Positions 1-13,449 of a stretch of 64,000 bases of DNA are shown piece after piece. The notes beneath the pieces were generated by a model. The model made no database searches. It was not told the DNA's origin and was given only the letters and a program-made list of their open reading frames with translations. The position numbers and the translations under genes are program-made. The stretch lies in contig NOWV01000265.1 of the NCBI GenBank assembly GCA_003344405.1, forward strand, positions 1 to 64,000. Reading direction: 5' to 3'. The DNA is from Trichoplax sp. H2. Taxonomy: Eukaryota. Every line of letters starts with the position of its first letter. The first letter of the stretch is position 1.

Positions 1-1278
1 TTATTTAACGTAGTGATATTTACTTCATTAATAAATCAGTAAAAGTATTTTGATTTACAGTCTAATTCTATCAGTAGATTAAGATAGCAAAGATGCATAT
101 TTTATCTTATCGTTTTATGTTATAAAATATCGAAAGTAAGGAATAAATTCGCTTGTATACTGAGCTTGGAGTACGTGCACGGTATAACCTCCACTTACAT
201 TAATACGATACATAAATACTAAAATTACATTACTTACCAAGTAAAGAGTGCTATGGAAGTAAAATTATGCTCATCTGAGACTGTAATCTTTCCAAATTGA
301 ATCAAAAGGCTGAAGCTGATTGCTATTGCGAGTACGATAAAAATCCCATAGATTGTTTTACGAATACTAAATTTAGATCGCACAGATATCTCCGCCTTGC
401 TATCTAATATTGTACAATTAATTGGGTAAGAAAAGCTCAAAGTTAATGTTATAAATCTTTCCATTTCAATAGACGATACAAATGTTTCAGTAATGTTAAT
501 TGATCGATGTATAATATATTCAAATGCTTGCAGTCTAGATAGTAATAAAGTATAAAATTATTTTTACCTGTCGAGACGTTATCCGTAGATCCCATAGCTA
601 TTTCGTAAAATATTTCATGAATGTTAATTTATCTTTGTATAATATATCTTCAAATGCTTGCAGCATAGATAGTAATAAAGTATAAAATTGTTTTTACCTG
701 TCGAGACGTTATCCGCAGATTCCATAACTATTTGGCAAAATATATCATGAATGTTCATTTATCGATGTATAATATATATTCAAATGCTTGCAGTATAGAT
801 AGCAATAAAGTATAAAATTGTTTCTACCTGTCGAGACGTTATCCGCAGATTCCATAACTATTTGGCAAAATATTTCATGAATGTTAATATATCGTCGTAT
901 AATATATATTCAAATGCTTACAGTATAGATAGCAATAAAGTATAAAATTGTTTCTACCTGTCAAGACGTTATCCGCAGATTCCATAACTATTTCGTAAAA
1001 TATTTCGTTAATGTTAATTTTTCGTTGCATAATATATATTTAAATACTTGCAGTATAGATAGCAATAAAGTATAAAATTGTTTCTACCTGGGGAGATGTT
1101 ATCTGCAGATTCCATAACTATTTTGTAAAATATTTCATGAATGTTAATTTATCGTTGTATAATATATACTTAAATACTTACAGTATGGCTAGCAATAAAG
1201 TATAAAATTGTTTCTACCTGTCGAGAAGAAATTTGTAGATTTCATAGCTATTTCGTTGTTAATAACACAATTTTCCAT
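1..1278 (-). CDS. SLC35F3/F4-like transporter, copy A (5' part only; continues beyond window start)
   Basis: Exon 1 has ATG at 1278 (MENCVINNEIAMKSTNFFST|gtag). Exon 403..238 encodes DSKAEISVRSKFSIRKTIYGIFIVLAIAISFSLLIQFGK...FTW|gtaag. Near-identical to the 5' part of copy C. Confidence 0.8.
481..1255. repeat. 130-bp tandem repeat (~6 units) in intron 1 of SLC35F copy A; each unit copies the exon-1 3' end and its donor site
   Basis: TACCTG ends at 570, 700, 830, 960, 1090 and 1220, an exact 130-bp period. Confidence 0.95.
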
Positions 1279-4200
1279 TCTTAACTTGTGTATTTATTGG
1301 CGATGTTAAATCTAGACGAATTTTCGATATTAATTACATCATCAGTTGTCAAATATATTACAGTTAATATTGTTACACCCTTATTATAGTTATAAAGTCG
1401 AATATATCTGGCACTCTTAGCTCGAGTTATCTATTAATAATTTAGTGTATGTCAGCTGCGAAAACGGTAAATACATTTGTGACACAACCCTAAGAATAGA
1501 CTTTGTTAGCAAGTTCGATTGTAGGATTATACGAGTACTTACGTTAGTTGCGGAGGGTATTATACTTTTAGACTAATTCATGCAATCAAGTGAAGTTAAC
1601 AAGAAATCGAAAAGCCATTATGGCATTGCTTTTAAGATACTAGAATCCGCTATGTCGTTTCCTGATTCAACTAAAGCGATAGTTCTATTGTTTAACCTTA
1701 CAGATACGAGCATAATCACGAAGCCTACGCAAGAAATTATTAGTTTACTATGAATTCATCAAAACTGTAAATTAACGATAAGCGGTTACCTGAGTCTATC
1801 TGAGGGTACAGTAACTACATGTACGCGTATATAATAGCAATGATATTATGCAAGTATACTTGCACCGTTATGCCACGCAAGAACTGTAAATTGTTTTATT
1901 AAGCTATACATTAAATTTAAAACGGAATTCAACTACAATCAGATCAAACTAGAATTCTACATAAATTACCTTCAAATCGATAGAGGAAATTAATGCTAGT
2001 CAGCTTTTACTGTTACTATTTTATACGTAGCAGTAATCCGGCATCTACGCGTGGTAAATACCCAGTCTACAATAAAATAATCAATAAATAGTATCGTAAA
2101 CAATAGCGGGGACTACTATAGATGGAAAACCGGTTTTCTCTCCTTTAGTAGTCTTTACTAACAGGAATGAATGGTATCAAAATACAATCGTCATTTCTAT
2201 CATATTACAGCTTCTGTGCTGCACTGTAGGCCTATCATTATACTATAGCTATAGTCAGATGCCAGTTAATTTATATGGTACAGTCGCATAGATTATGTAT
2301 CTCTATCAAGTTATTAGTACCAAACCATATATAATTAGGTTAATGTTGCTATAATTTGCTGACTCATTACTGATTTGCATATTCGTTGCATTTCGCTTGG
2401 AAATTACTTTAGGTATAGTATCTAATACTGGTTCTAACAGAGTAATCAACAAGAATTTAGAGGAAAAGAATTTTAATTGATTAAATATGGTACACCTCGA
2501 CGAAGCGAGTCTTCGTGATGATTTGTTGATAGGGTTTAGTTGAGTTTTTACTATAATAATTTCTATTTCAATATTTGTATTTGAATTGATTTCTATATAC
2601 TGTATATGCGTTAAAGCAACTATTGTGGGTGTTGTCTTGAGCATGAAGTTTGTAGTTTGTATTTCTCGTTTTCGGTTGCTTAATGAAGTTGATACAATAA
2701 AGTACTAGTATTATTAAAGAGTTACTTTAGAAACATTTCCTGAGTGATCCGTATCGTATTTGATATTGTTATTTCTCCTCTAAGTGTTATCAATCATGAT
2801 TTATGGCATACACTTTACAATCCAAAGGATAAGTCAATGCAAAAATCCAATACAGTATGTACCGGTAATGTGTAGTTCTATCAGAGTGATAAAGTGAGGA
2901 GTAACAGGAACAGAGTTTCAATACAAGAAAAGTGAAGAGAAGCGTCGATTACTAAATATGAATGTAGAGCATTCCCTAATAACCTTACGACTAATATTCC
3001 AAGTTGTAAGACGAACCTAGTCTTCTATAATAAAGTGAAGTTTGCAAGAAACTGCAGTAGTTGTATTTTTGAGAAGATATTTTCTCGCAATGAAATATTT
3101 AGCAATATACAAGGTAGAAGACTAGATTACATTGTACAAGACTCCTGAGGTAGTGTAATCGACTCTCTGGGGTAGATTTCCAATGCTACGGACTGCCATC
3201 TTTATGACTATTAAACTGTACCAAGTACAGTAGTACAGTATAGTGTCATAGACTGCCGGAGCGGAAAAAGAAATCGATGGAGGAATGGTAAATTTTTGAG
3301 GATTCTCTGCCAACAACAAGTTGCAACTAAAATTGAAATTATTTCATAGGTTACTCTTACTGCAGTTTATATACAACCAGCATTGAAATAATTGATACAG
3401 TACTTATTTTACTTTAAAATAACTAACATAGCCTTTCTAAATATTCAATGGCAATAGCCTTTCAAAATTTGTTTACAATATTAAAAATTGAATGATACAA
3501 GTTTTCAGTGAATAATCTTTACCTCAATATCTTATTATATGATATAAAACTATTAGTAAATTGTCGTGGTTAACAATGAACTATTTTTATGGTTACGATG
3601 AGATTCTTCTCGTCCTTTTTAATCGATCTTACTTCGATCACACGACATAGATATTCAAATTTTAATTGATTGAAATAAAATATACCCGAGTACAGAAAGT
3701 ACGCGTGGGCAGAACGTGAAGTATAACGAATATGTAGTATTATGTACCTACCACGATACTAAATTACCATGAGTAGTTTATTACATGTAAATATGTAAAT
3801 ATGTAGATTTAGACTGCGTTAGGTGATGGCGACCGCCACCTAGATTCTTATGTTATCCTATTACGAAATCTGTTGGAAATACATGCCGTAGGACCAATGA
3901 TTGGTCATATCAAATAATTGTTTATATTATTAACGCTGTAACCCTACGTGGATAGACATTATTTTATTATGATAGTATTTCCGAAATTCAGCAGTAGATT
4001 CTTGAATATAGATTTTGGAAGCTAGTTTAGCAGATTCTATGATTATCTGCCGACGTATCATACAGCACTGCGACCATCATCAGGACAGTAGCAATAACGG
4101 GATAATTTGCCTTGTATCTTTTATAGTCCTAATTCCTAAATTTATCGTTACACTCGTAAAACTTAAACAGCATGTATCGGTCAAAAAGTACGATAGATAC

Positions 4201-5190
4201 GTACAGTATGTGCTATGATGATAATATTTGTTATCAGAATTGCATGATAACAATAAGAGGATTACGAATATTTTAGGATAACTTAAATTGCCGTCAGCTG
4301 CCACTAGTGATGGCTATAGGAATGTAACCTGATTGGAAAACTTATATACATATTTCGAATATTTTAGATTAAAATCTTAAACCAAATGTGTTAGATAAAA
4401 TGTAAGGATAATTGTGGATATTTCCCAAATTGAATTTGTAGTTAACAGGATTAGACTAGAGTTTGGAGAATTCCTGAATGGAACGCTTTGGGTAAGTTAT
4501 CACCCTATAATTGGCTATACTGTAGCCCCACGAGGTGCGAGGCTTTGAAAAGTTAGACCGGCTATACTGATACTACTAGGGTTCTGGCTACAGAAGAGAT
4601 TTTTCAATATAGTAGATCGGCTAGCGACTCTATATACTAATCTCGATTAGTCGTTAGTAACAGTAGAACAGTTGAAATTACATTTTCAACCCTTATTGCT
4701 AGTCTCTACAATTGAGACCTGTGACAGTACCATAGTGTATATCTACATATTGTCGCTAGTCGATTAATAGGAATGAAAATCGGTCGAAAAATCTGTACTA
4801 GAACTGTTAACCCCTGCGAATGCTACAGTCTAGTCTGCCACATTCATTAATTACACATAGAAAATATGCTTATGAAAATTAAAGTGATTAATAAATGCTG
4901 CAATAAACAGGGTAAAAACTACTTCATCTCAATACTAATAAATGAATAGAAATAAATATCTATTGAAATCTATAGCAATAGCTATAGTATTGTGAATTAA
5001 GTTCATTCGAGTTGAAATATCAGAATTATTTTATTTATCTCCCTGATAAAATTGTATTACAAATCGAGAGTGAAAGCCAATGCGATATATACACTCAGCC
5101 TACTATAGGAAAGCCTCATAGTCAGCAGAGACATTCCTAAGCTAAGTTGCTAAAACGATTTCGAATAAACATCAGTGCTCGTATTGACTT

Positions 5191-7327
5191 TTATGTTTTT
5201 CGACGTCTACACATTAGTAAGTTAATTGGCATTTTTGATATCCACTGAGCCTTTTCCAAAGGTATTAATAAAATTAAAAATCCTAAAGCTAATAACAATG
5301 TACTAAATATTTTTAATACAGAAAACGATTCATTACGGAAGATTACGTCAATAACTGCATTAATCGGTATTCCAAAGAGAGCACCAAGCGAAATGAATAC
5401 AGGATATGTAACGGCGACTCCAATAATAACTGAACCGGTATATAACATATTAAATAAATTTGTAATCATTAGAGGTTCCCAAGGAACTTCAGACCACATA
5501 AGATTTTCAATTCCCGCAAAATGAAATATGATAACAGATATCCAACCCAACAATAAATTAAGGACACTAATAATTGATAACAGCATTGACCCTTGAATTG
5601 CCGATGCATCACCAATGAAAACTTTTGTATGAACCTGATAAATATTACAAGTTGTTTAGCAGATAAACATTATATTTCAATAAGGATAAACGATAAATAT
5701 CTGCAGATGCAATCCATTAATGATCAAATTTTTGTAACTTACTCGAAAACAAGCAGCAGCTAAAGCAAATAATGTGGATAAAATGACGCCTATTGCGGCG
5801 AATGAGCCAAAACCATCGTCGTAAGCAAACAATATGACGCCTGCCGTAGATAAGCATACTGCGAATGCCTAAAAATTAATAAAATTTTAAAAGCGATTTT
5901 TGTTTTTGAATGAGTATAATATGTTTTACTTCATGATTAAAATACATCATTACTCTTTAATTCATAGATATACATAATAATTCTGTCTCTAAAAATCTAT
6001 CATAGCCTTAGAATTATGATAACACTTACCCTAAGCAATATAAATGGCTCTTTCAAAAATATAATAGATAGCACATAAACCATGCCGAGTACCGATGAAA
6101 AAACTGCTGTAACATCGGTTGGGGCCGTAAAATTTAAAGGGTAATAGTTTAATACGATAACCATATTCATATTTATGGCTAATGGTAACAAGCGTAACCA
6201 AAATACTTTTTTGATATCTTTGCGTGGACAAATTTTTATTGATTCTCTAAATAACATTAAAAACAATCAGAGTTTAGTTATTTTCTTAGCTAAGTGATAC
6301 TATCGTAAGTGTGGGTAAGTATTAGCACGATGCATTTGTAAGAGCTAAAATAGAAGATTAATATACCTACAGTACGCTTATCTAGTAAGTTCAATAAATC
6401 AATAGGTAACTAGATATACGGCATAGAACATATTATCAAGGATACCTATATATTTGGCGTAAGCTTTCACCCTTAAAAATCATTAACAATATGGCATGGA
6501 TTGGAAAAGTGAGTATGGTCGTTGAAGCTGAAACCCTATGCATAGGTTAATGTATTAAGAAATTAAAATTTGATGAGAATCGAAGCCTACGTGTAATTTA
6601 TTACTGTAAAAATCAATTTATTGACAACCGACAACTATGAGATTGCAGGGTTTATAAATACGTATAAGGTTAACAAGTGGAAAGAACTATTAGAGTGTAA
6701 AATTATCATATATAGTATATGATTTAGTAAAAAGCTTTCAATTTTTAATGTGATCCTACAAACAAAATAGAGTGACATTGACTATATTTATTATTTTATC
6801 GTTATTTTAGACTGGAAAAATTAAATGTAGAAAACAGTATACACCTGCATTAAGTTTAGCAGTGGGTATATTTAGTAATACAATATTCTATCCTAGTATC
6901 ATGTATCGTTGGTATAATATACTAGAATTATTATACTTACCAAGTAAAGAAAGTCATCGAAGTGAAATTACTCTCAGTTGAGACTGTAACCTTTCCAAAT
7001 TGGTTAAAAAGACTAAAAGTAACAGCCGTTGCGAGTACAATAATAATTCCATAGATTGTTTTACGACGGCTTAACTTAGAAAACGTCGATTTCTCATCTT
7101 GGAATTAATTCATTTTTACAAAAGGAAAAGTTAATAGTTAATAATAATGAAGTGATTTGGTAGAAAGTTATAAAATGTGTTCGTTTTGTTAACTTATAGG
7201 TATAAAATATGTATGTAGTACTTGTAATATAGCTAGTTAGCAATAAAATATTATTGTTTCTACCTGTTGAGATTTTATCCGCAGATTGTACAGCCATTTC
7301 ATAGCTATTGATAGAATAATCTTCCAT
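5191..7327 (-). CDS. SLC35F3/F4-like (DMT/EamA superfamily) multi-pass transporter, copy B, 6 exons
   Basis: Spliced frame is open: MEDYSINSYEMAVQSADKIST|DEKSTFSKLSRRKTIYG...TW|VSASTTILTFP...|ESIKICPRK...PTDVTAVFSS...LKEPFILLR|AFAVCLSTAGVILFAYDDGF...|VHTKVFIGDAS...YPVFISLGALFGIPINAVID...RRRKT*. The YPxxxSLGxxxxIPxNAVID motif resembles SLC35F3/F4. Confidence 0.85.
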
Positions 7328-9975
7328 TTTTAACTTGTGCTTGTTGGTAATATTCTAAATCTAAAGAGAGATATATTACAATAATTACATTGTCCATTTT
7401 CAACTCAACTATAGCTAATATTATTACGGATTACTTAATCACTGTACAGTACAGTATATTATTGTTCTAAAGTACAACACATTTAGCATTCTTAGCGAAA
7501 GTCATCCATTGATACACAAATGAAAATACTGCATACCAGTAAAATAGCCCTAATTTAAGATGCAATACGTTTGGAGGTCAAATTGTAAGATTATACAAGC
7601 TTCTACTGTATTCTTGGAGGATTTTATACTGTTCGATAAACTAATTGGTAGAAGGACTGAATGGATCAAGTCCAATCACTGAATTCATGTACTGTACGCA
7701 CGTTAATCAAATGAAGTTGACAAGAAATTGAAATTTTTATCCTATCGTTTTTGAGACGCTCTATCGCTCAATAATAAATAGAGTGATATGTATTTTCCAC
7801 TATTTTTGGATATAACATGGACATAATATGGGTTCTAACATGCTATGGAGTGTCTTTCTATGCTACAGTATCTGGTGACGATTTAACTAAGTAAGTAGTT
7901 CCATCGTTTCCATTACCTATACGAGGTGGAATGGCAGAACCAATCAAACCTGTGTAATACATTATTGGCTTAACGTAGATCGAGTAGAATTGTAGAATAA
8001 GGATAATGAAGCGGGTTTTTGAGTCTATCTGAGAATATTACAACATGTATAGCTAATGATGCTATTTATTGACATGGTTTGGCGTCGATGACTACCATTT
8101 CCTATACGACTACGTCTACATTCCCCATGGTAGGAATTGTCATGTTCATTCATTGTAATCAGCCTATACAATCATTTGAATTAGCAATGTATCTACACTA
8201 TCGATTCTACAGCACTAATTATACTCTGCATATTCTACAATGAATGCTAATGGTTTAAGGCATTCTATGTTAAGAGCTACTTTCTTACCGACATTTTCTT
8301 TGCAGACTTCCGTGTACACCATCATCGGTGATTTGGATACAATGAATAAAAATTAAATAAGTGCTTGTCTAGCTTATTATACTGTACCTCGTATACGGTA
8401 CAGTATGTACGAGTACTGTACTGTACGGCTTGCATCATCATCGTCGATTTCGATGTAACGAATATTGATCATTAGTTCAAGTCGAGCCACAGTATGTTAA
8501 TTCGTTAACGCTGTAATTGAATGTGAATATGCTGTACTGTATATATAAGCAGCTGCTCTTCAAGTAGTAATAAATGAATTCTTAATTGTCGTCTAGCATA
8601 ACGGTAGATAGTAGATAGTTTACTCCTCGATGGTTTGGGCTAGATTAGACGTCTTAGTTCGACTTCTTACCTCTGTCGAATCAGTCGGCTACACTGATTA
8701 CGACTTCAGTACTGCACAGTGCTGGACTGGGCTGAGTAAAATGAATAGGTGCTTACTCGTAATATCAACTCAAATTATCGTCTGCTAGATACTACCAGGG
8801 GGGTTTCTGAGACAATCGTTCTTTTTGTCTCAGTAGCCATCTACTGCAGTAGTTAGTCCATGATCGTAGCCATTTCAATCATTGCAATGTACAGACGTAC
8901 GTACTTTCCGACAAATACAGGCGGAGACGATTGCCAACAGTGCTCCGTCCAATCCTGTTGTTGATTATTGAATGCAATCCATCTCAATCAAATAAGAGTA
9001 TACTAATGGCAGTGTCAGACTTGATTTATTGAAGCAAAGTCCAGCCAAAGCTGTGGGCCAGGTAGGATTACCAATAACGCGATCTCATGTCGTGCTATTC
9101 TTACACAAAAGATCAAAGAAAGAAGAAGAAATGATCTACTCGTTGTACTGCATGTTGTGAGTAATACGGCATGCACCTGTGAGTACAGAGGACGTACAGT
9201 ATGTGAGTAGTGCTGAGTACTAAAAGAGAGAGAAGAGTGCAGGCTATGCTCTTCAATGAATCAATAATTACTCTATTACTACCTTACACGTCATATTTCT
9301 TTCAAATCGATCGTAATCCCGTGATATAAAATTTATGAAATAATTTCAACTAGTGAAACGATTGATAAATCTATTATCTTAAAATAATTTTATCTGTATG
9401 TGATATGTGTACATGTACTTTTCAGTACATACTATTAAGTAAAAAGTACAAGTACACCAAGCGAATAGTGTGAGTGCGAGATCTACTAGTACTAATAAAT
9501 CAATAGAATACGTGTACCGTATTATATCTCCATACGTTATCGCTAATAAACAAGCAATAATAAAGTCTATCTAGTAAAATAAACTGTAAATTCATAAGCC
9601 CAAACAAATGCTTATCGAGACAGAGAGGGAAAGAATAACAACAGAATGTGTATCTGTGTATTTATTAATTAAAAGAAGCTTTACAGAAGCAGTTATTACA
9701 CGTGCGATAAGATTATTCTGTAACCTTCAAAATTTTATAAAACCTAGTCTATCTTTAATACTGCCATAAATATTGCAAAAGCTACATCATACCACCGAAA
9801 TCAGATGGATATAATAAGTACTTTGTCACACTCTATAATCTTTATTGTGAATATTGTCAAACTGGCTGTCTACAGCTGTAATGTATATTTATTTTTTATC
9901 TCTAAGATATAAATTTTATCATTACTCGAAAAGCGATTGTGAATAAACCAGATTTTATAAGAGTAATCGTAACTC

Positions 9976-12484
9976 TTATTTTTTTCGATATCTACAAGTT
10001 ATCAACTTAATTGGCGTTCTAGATATCGATTTAGCCTTTTCCAAAGGTATTAATAAAATTAAGAATCCTAGAGCAAGTAATAATGTGCTCACTATTTTTA
10101 ATGCCGAAAACGATTCGTTACGGAAGATCGCGTCAATAACTGCGTTAATCGGTATTCCAAAGAGAGAACCTAGCGAAATAAATACAGGATAGGTAACAGC
10201 GACTCCAACAACAATGAAGTAGGTATGTAACATATTAAATAAATTTGTAATCATTAGAGGTTCCCAAGGAATGTCAGACCATGTAAGCTTTTCAAATCCC
10301 GTATAATGAAATATAACAACAGGTATCCATCCCAACAAGAAATTAATAATGCTAATAATTGTCAATAGCATCGATGCTTGAATTGGCGATGCATCGCCAA
10401 TAGAATACTTTTCGTATACCTAATAAATATTATATACCTTTCAGTACTTAAACTGTAACACTTTAATAAAGATAAGCAGTAACATATATATAAAGTTCAT
10501 TAATAAATAACTATAAATTTTACTATAACTTACACGAAAACAAGCTGCGCAGAGAGTAAAGAATACTGATAGAATAACACCCAAGGTAGCGAAAGAGCCA
10601 AAACCATCATCATAAGCGAACAGTACTACACCTGTCGTAGATAGGCATACCGCTAACGCCTAAGAAGTAATCATATTTTAGAAGTGATATTTTTACTATC
10701 AATCGATACCGTATAACATGTTTGATCTCACGAATAAAGTACTATTACTCTTAATTAAAAGCCCTTACAAGATATCTTTATCTTTCAAAATAGTGTGTAT
10801 TACTTTTATAATCTTAGAACTACGAGAATACTTACCCTAAGTAATACAAATGGCTCTTTCAAAAATAGGACCGATAAAATATACACCATGCTTAGTACTG
10901 ACGAAAAAATAGCCGTAATATCGGTTGGAGCCGTAAAGTTTAGAGGGTAATAGTTTAACGCCACAGTTATATTCATAAGTATGGCTAATGGTAGTAATCG
11001 AAGCCAAAAAATTTTTTTAAGTCTTTACGTGGATAAATTTTAATTGATTCTCTAGATAACACAATTATATTAAAAATAATTTAAGCTTAGTGATTTCTCT
11101 TTCTACCGATTAAATATAAGTGTCAGTTTATCAATATAATGAGTATATGATATACAGGCGGTAGTCTATCAAGTATGTTTAATTACTCAATATGTAATTT
11201 AGATACAAGGTATAGTAAATAGATTATTATTTTTATCATATCGATTACTATCATGCATACTTGTATATCTGGCGTAAGTTTTCGCCCTTAAAAATCATTA
11301 AAAGTATGGCATGTAGTGGAAAGGCAAGTGAATTAGTTGACGCTGCAATCCTGTAGAAAAGGTTATAATAATTATTTAACGTAGTGATATTTACTTCATT
11401 AATAAATCAGTAAAAGTATTTTGATTTACATTCTAATTCTATCAGTAGATTAAGATAGCAAAGATGCATATTTTATCTTATCGTTTTATGTTATAAAATA
11501 TCGAAAGTAAGGAATAAATTCGCTTGTATACTGAGCTTGGAGTACGTGCACGGTATAACCTCCACTTACATTAATACGATACATAAATACTAAAATTACA
11601 TTACTTACCAAGTAAAGAGTGCTATGGAAGTAAAATTATGCTCATCTGAGACTGTAATCTTTCCAAATTGAACTAAAAGGCTGAAGCTGATTGCTATTGC
11701 GAGTACGATAAAAATCCCATAGATTGTTTTACGAATACTAAATTTAGATCGCACAGATATCTCCGCCTTGCTGTCTAATATTATATAATTAATTGGGTAA
11801 GAAAAGCTCAAAGTTAATGTTATAAATCTTTCCATTTCAATAGACGATACAAATGTTTCAGTAATGTTAATTTATCGATGTATAATATATTCAAATGCTT
11901 GCAGTCTAGATAGTAATAAAGTATAAAATTATTTTTACCTGTCGAGACGTTATCCGTAGATCCCATAGCTATTTCGTAAAATATTTCATGAATGTTAATT
12001 TATCGGTGTATATTATCTTCAAATGCTTGCCGTATGGCTAGCAATAAAGTATAAAATTGTTTTCACCTATCGAGAGGTTATCCGCAGATTCCATAACTAT
12101 TTGGCAAAATATTTCATGAATGTTAATTTATCGTTGTACAATATATATTCAAATGCTTACAGTATAGATAGCAATAAAGTATAAAATTGTTTCTACCTGG
12201 GGAGACGATATCTGCAGATTCCATAACAATTTCGTAAAATATTTCATGAATGTTAATTTGTCGTTGTATAATATATATTTAAATACTTACAGTATGGCTA
12301 GCAATAAAGTATAAAATTCTTTCTACCTGTCGAGACGTTATCCGCAGATTCCATAACTGTTTCGTAAAATATTTCATGAATGTTAATTTATCGTTGTATA
12401 ATCTATATTTAAATACTTATAGTATGGCTAGCAATAAAGTATAAAACTGTTTCTACCTGTCGAGACGATATTCTTAGATTTCAT
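9976..12484 (-). CDS. SLC35F3/F4-like copy C; apparent 1-bp frameshift and loss of the ancestral start codon (possible pseudogene or sequencing error)
   Basis: Same exon structure as copy B. The ancestral ATG is GTG at 12518-12516 and the next in-frame ATG is at 12484. The A6/T7 run at ~11006-11018 is one base shorter than the equivalent in copies B and D. Confidence 0.75.
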
Positions 12485-12495
12485 AGTTATTTTCG
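11850..12495. repeat. 130-bp tandem repeat (~5 units) in intron 1 of SLC35F copy C
   Basis: Donor-containing units lie near 11940, 12066, 12197, 12327 and 12457. Same unit as 481..1255. Confidence 0.95.
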
Positions 12496-12879
12496 TTGTT
12501 AATAGCACAATTTTCCACTTTTAACTAGTATTTATTGGCGATGTTAAATCTAGACAAATTTTCGATATTAATTGCATCGTCAGTTGTCAAATATATTACA
12601 GTTAATATTATTACACCCGATTATAGTTATAAAGTCGAACATATCTGGCACTCTTAGCTCGAGTTATCTATTAATAATTTAGTGTATGTCAGCTGCGAAA
12701 ACGGTATATACATTTGTGACACAACCCTAAGAATAGACTATGTTAGCAAGTTCGATTGTAGGATTACACGAGTATCTACGTTAGTTGCGGAGGATATTAT
12801 ACTTTTAGACTAATTCATGTAATCAAGTGAAGTTAACAGGAAATCGAAAGGTCATTATAGCATTGTTTTTGAGATACTT

Positions 12880-13449
12880 TGTAAAGTAACTTATTATTGT
12901 GATTGTAGACTATTAGCAGTGTTTAGTATGACATACGGTAGTAATTTGCTACATTTATCTTACGATATATTTAGTAGCCCATAATTATAGACTGTAAGGA
13001 TAGACTCTATGCTAGAATACAGATGGCTATATACAGCAAGGTTTTGAGCTACTAATAAGGTTAGAGGTAGAAATAGAATTGTAAATCATATCTTAGGATA
13101 TACTTAGTTCATTGTATTTTGCGAGGTAGGAATAATGTCTACGAAAATATTGTAATCATTTCTATATTGGATTAATGATGGTTCCCTATAAAATATTGTG
13201 ACTAACAATAAGTTGAGTATATGTAAAATATGGTAGAATGCTGCTATGCTGATTGTAGCTGCGAAGACTACGGAGAGTATAAAAGTAGGAGACATTAGAT
13301 TATCTGATTATTCTTTCTTTCTAAAGGTCTTTCAGTAGTTGCATTCTGTTAGAGTAGAGCTATGTGTAGCTAGTCTTTGTATTGGATCTAATAAAGTTCT
13401 AATTTTCTACAACTTTGTAATTTTTGTGATCGGATTTTATCAGATACTT
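12880..13449. repeat. ~570-bp interspersed segment, also present in diverged form at ~18790..19340
   Basis: Colinear similarity (tgtaaagtaacttattattgtgattgtagac vs tgtaatgtaacttagtattgtgattgtagac). Bounded by AGATACTT at 12872-12879 and 13442-13449. Confidence 0.8.

Noticed and set aside
2306..2644. 112-aa minus-strand ORF rich in Ile, Asn and Thr
   Set aside because: No recognisable domain or splice structure, and flanked by in-frame stops. It may be a decayed gene but I cannot support that.
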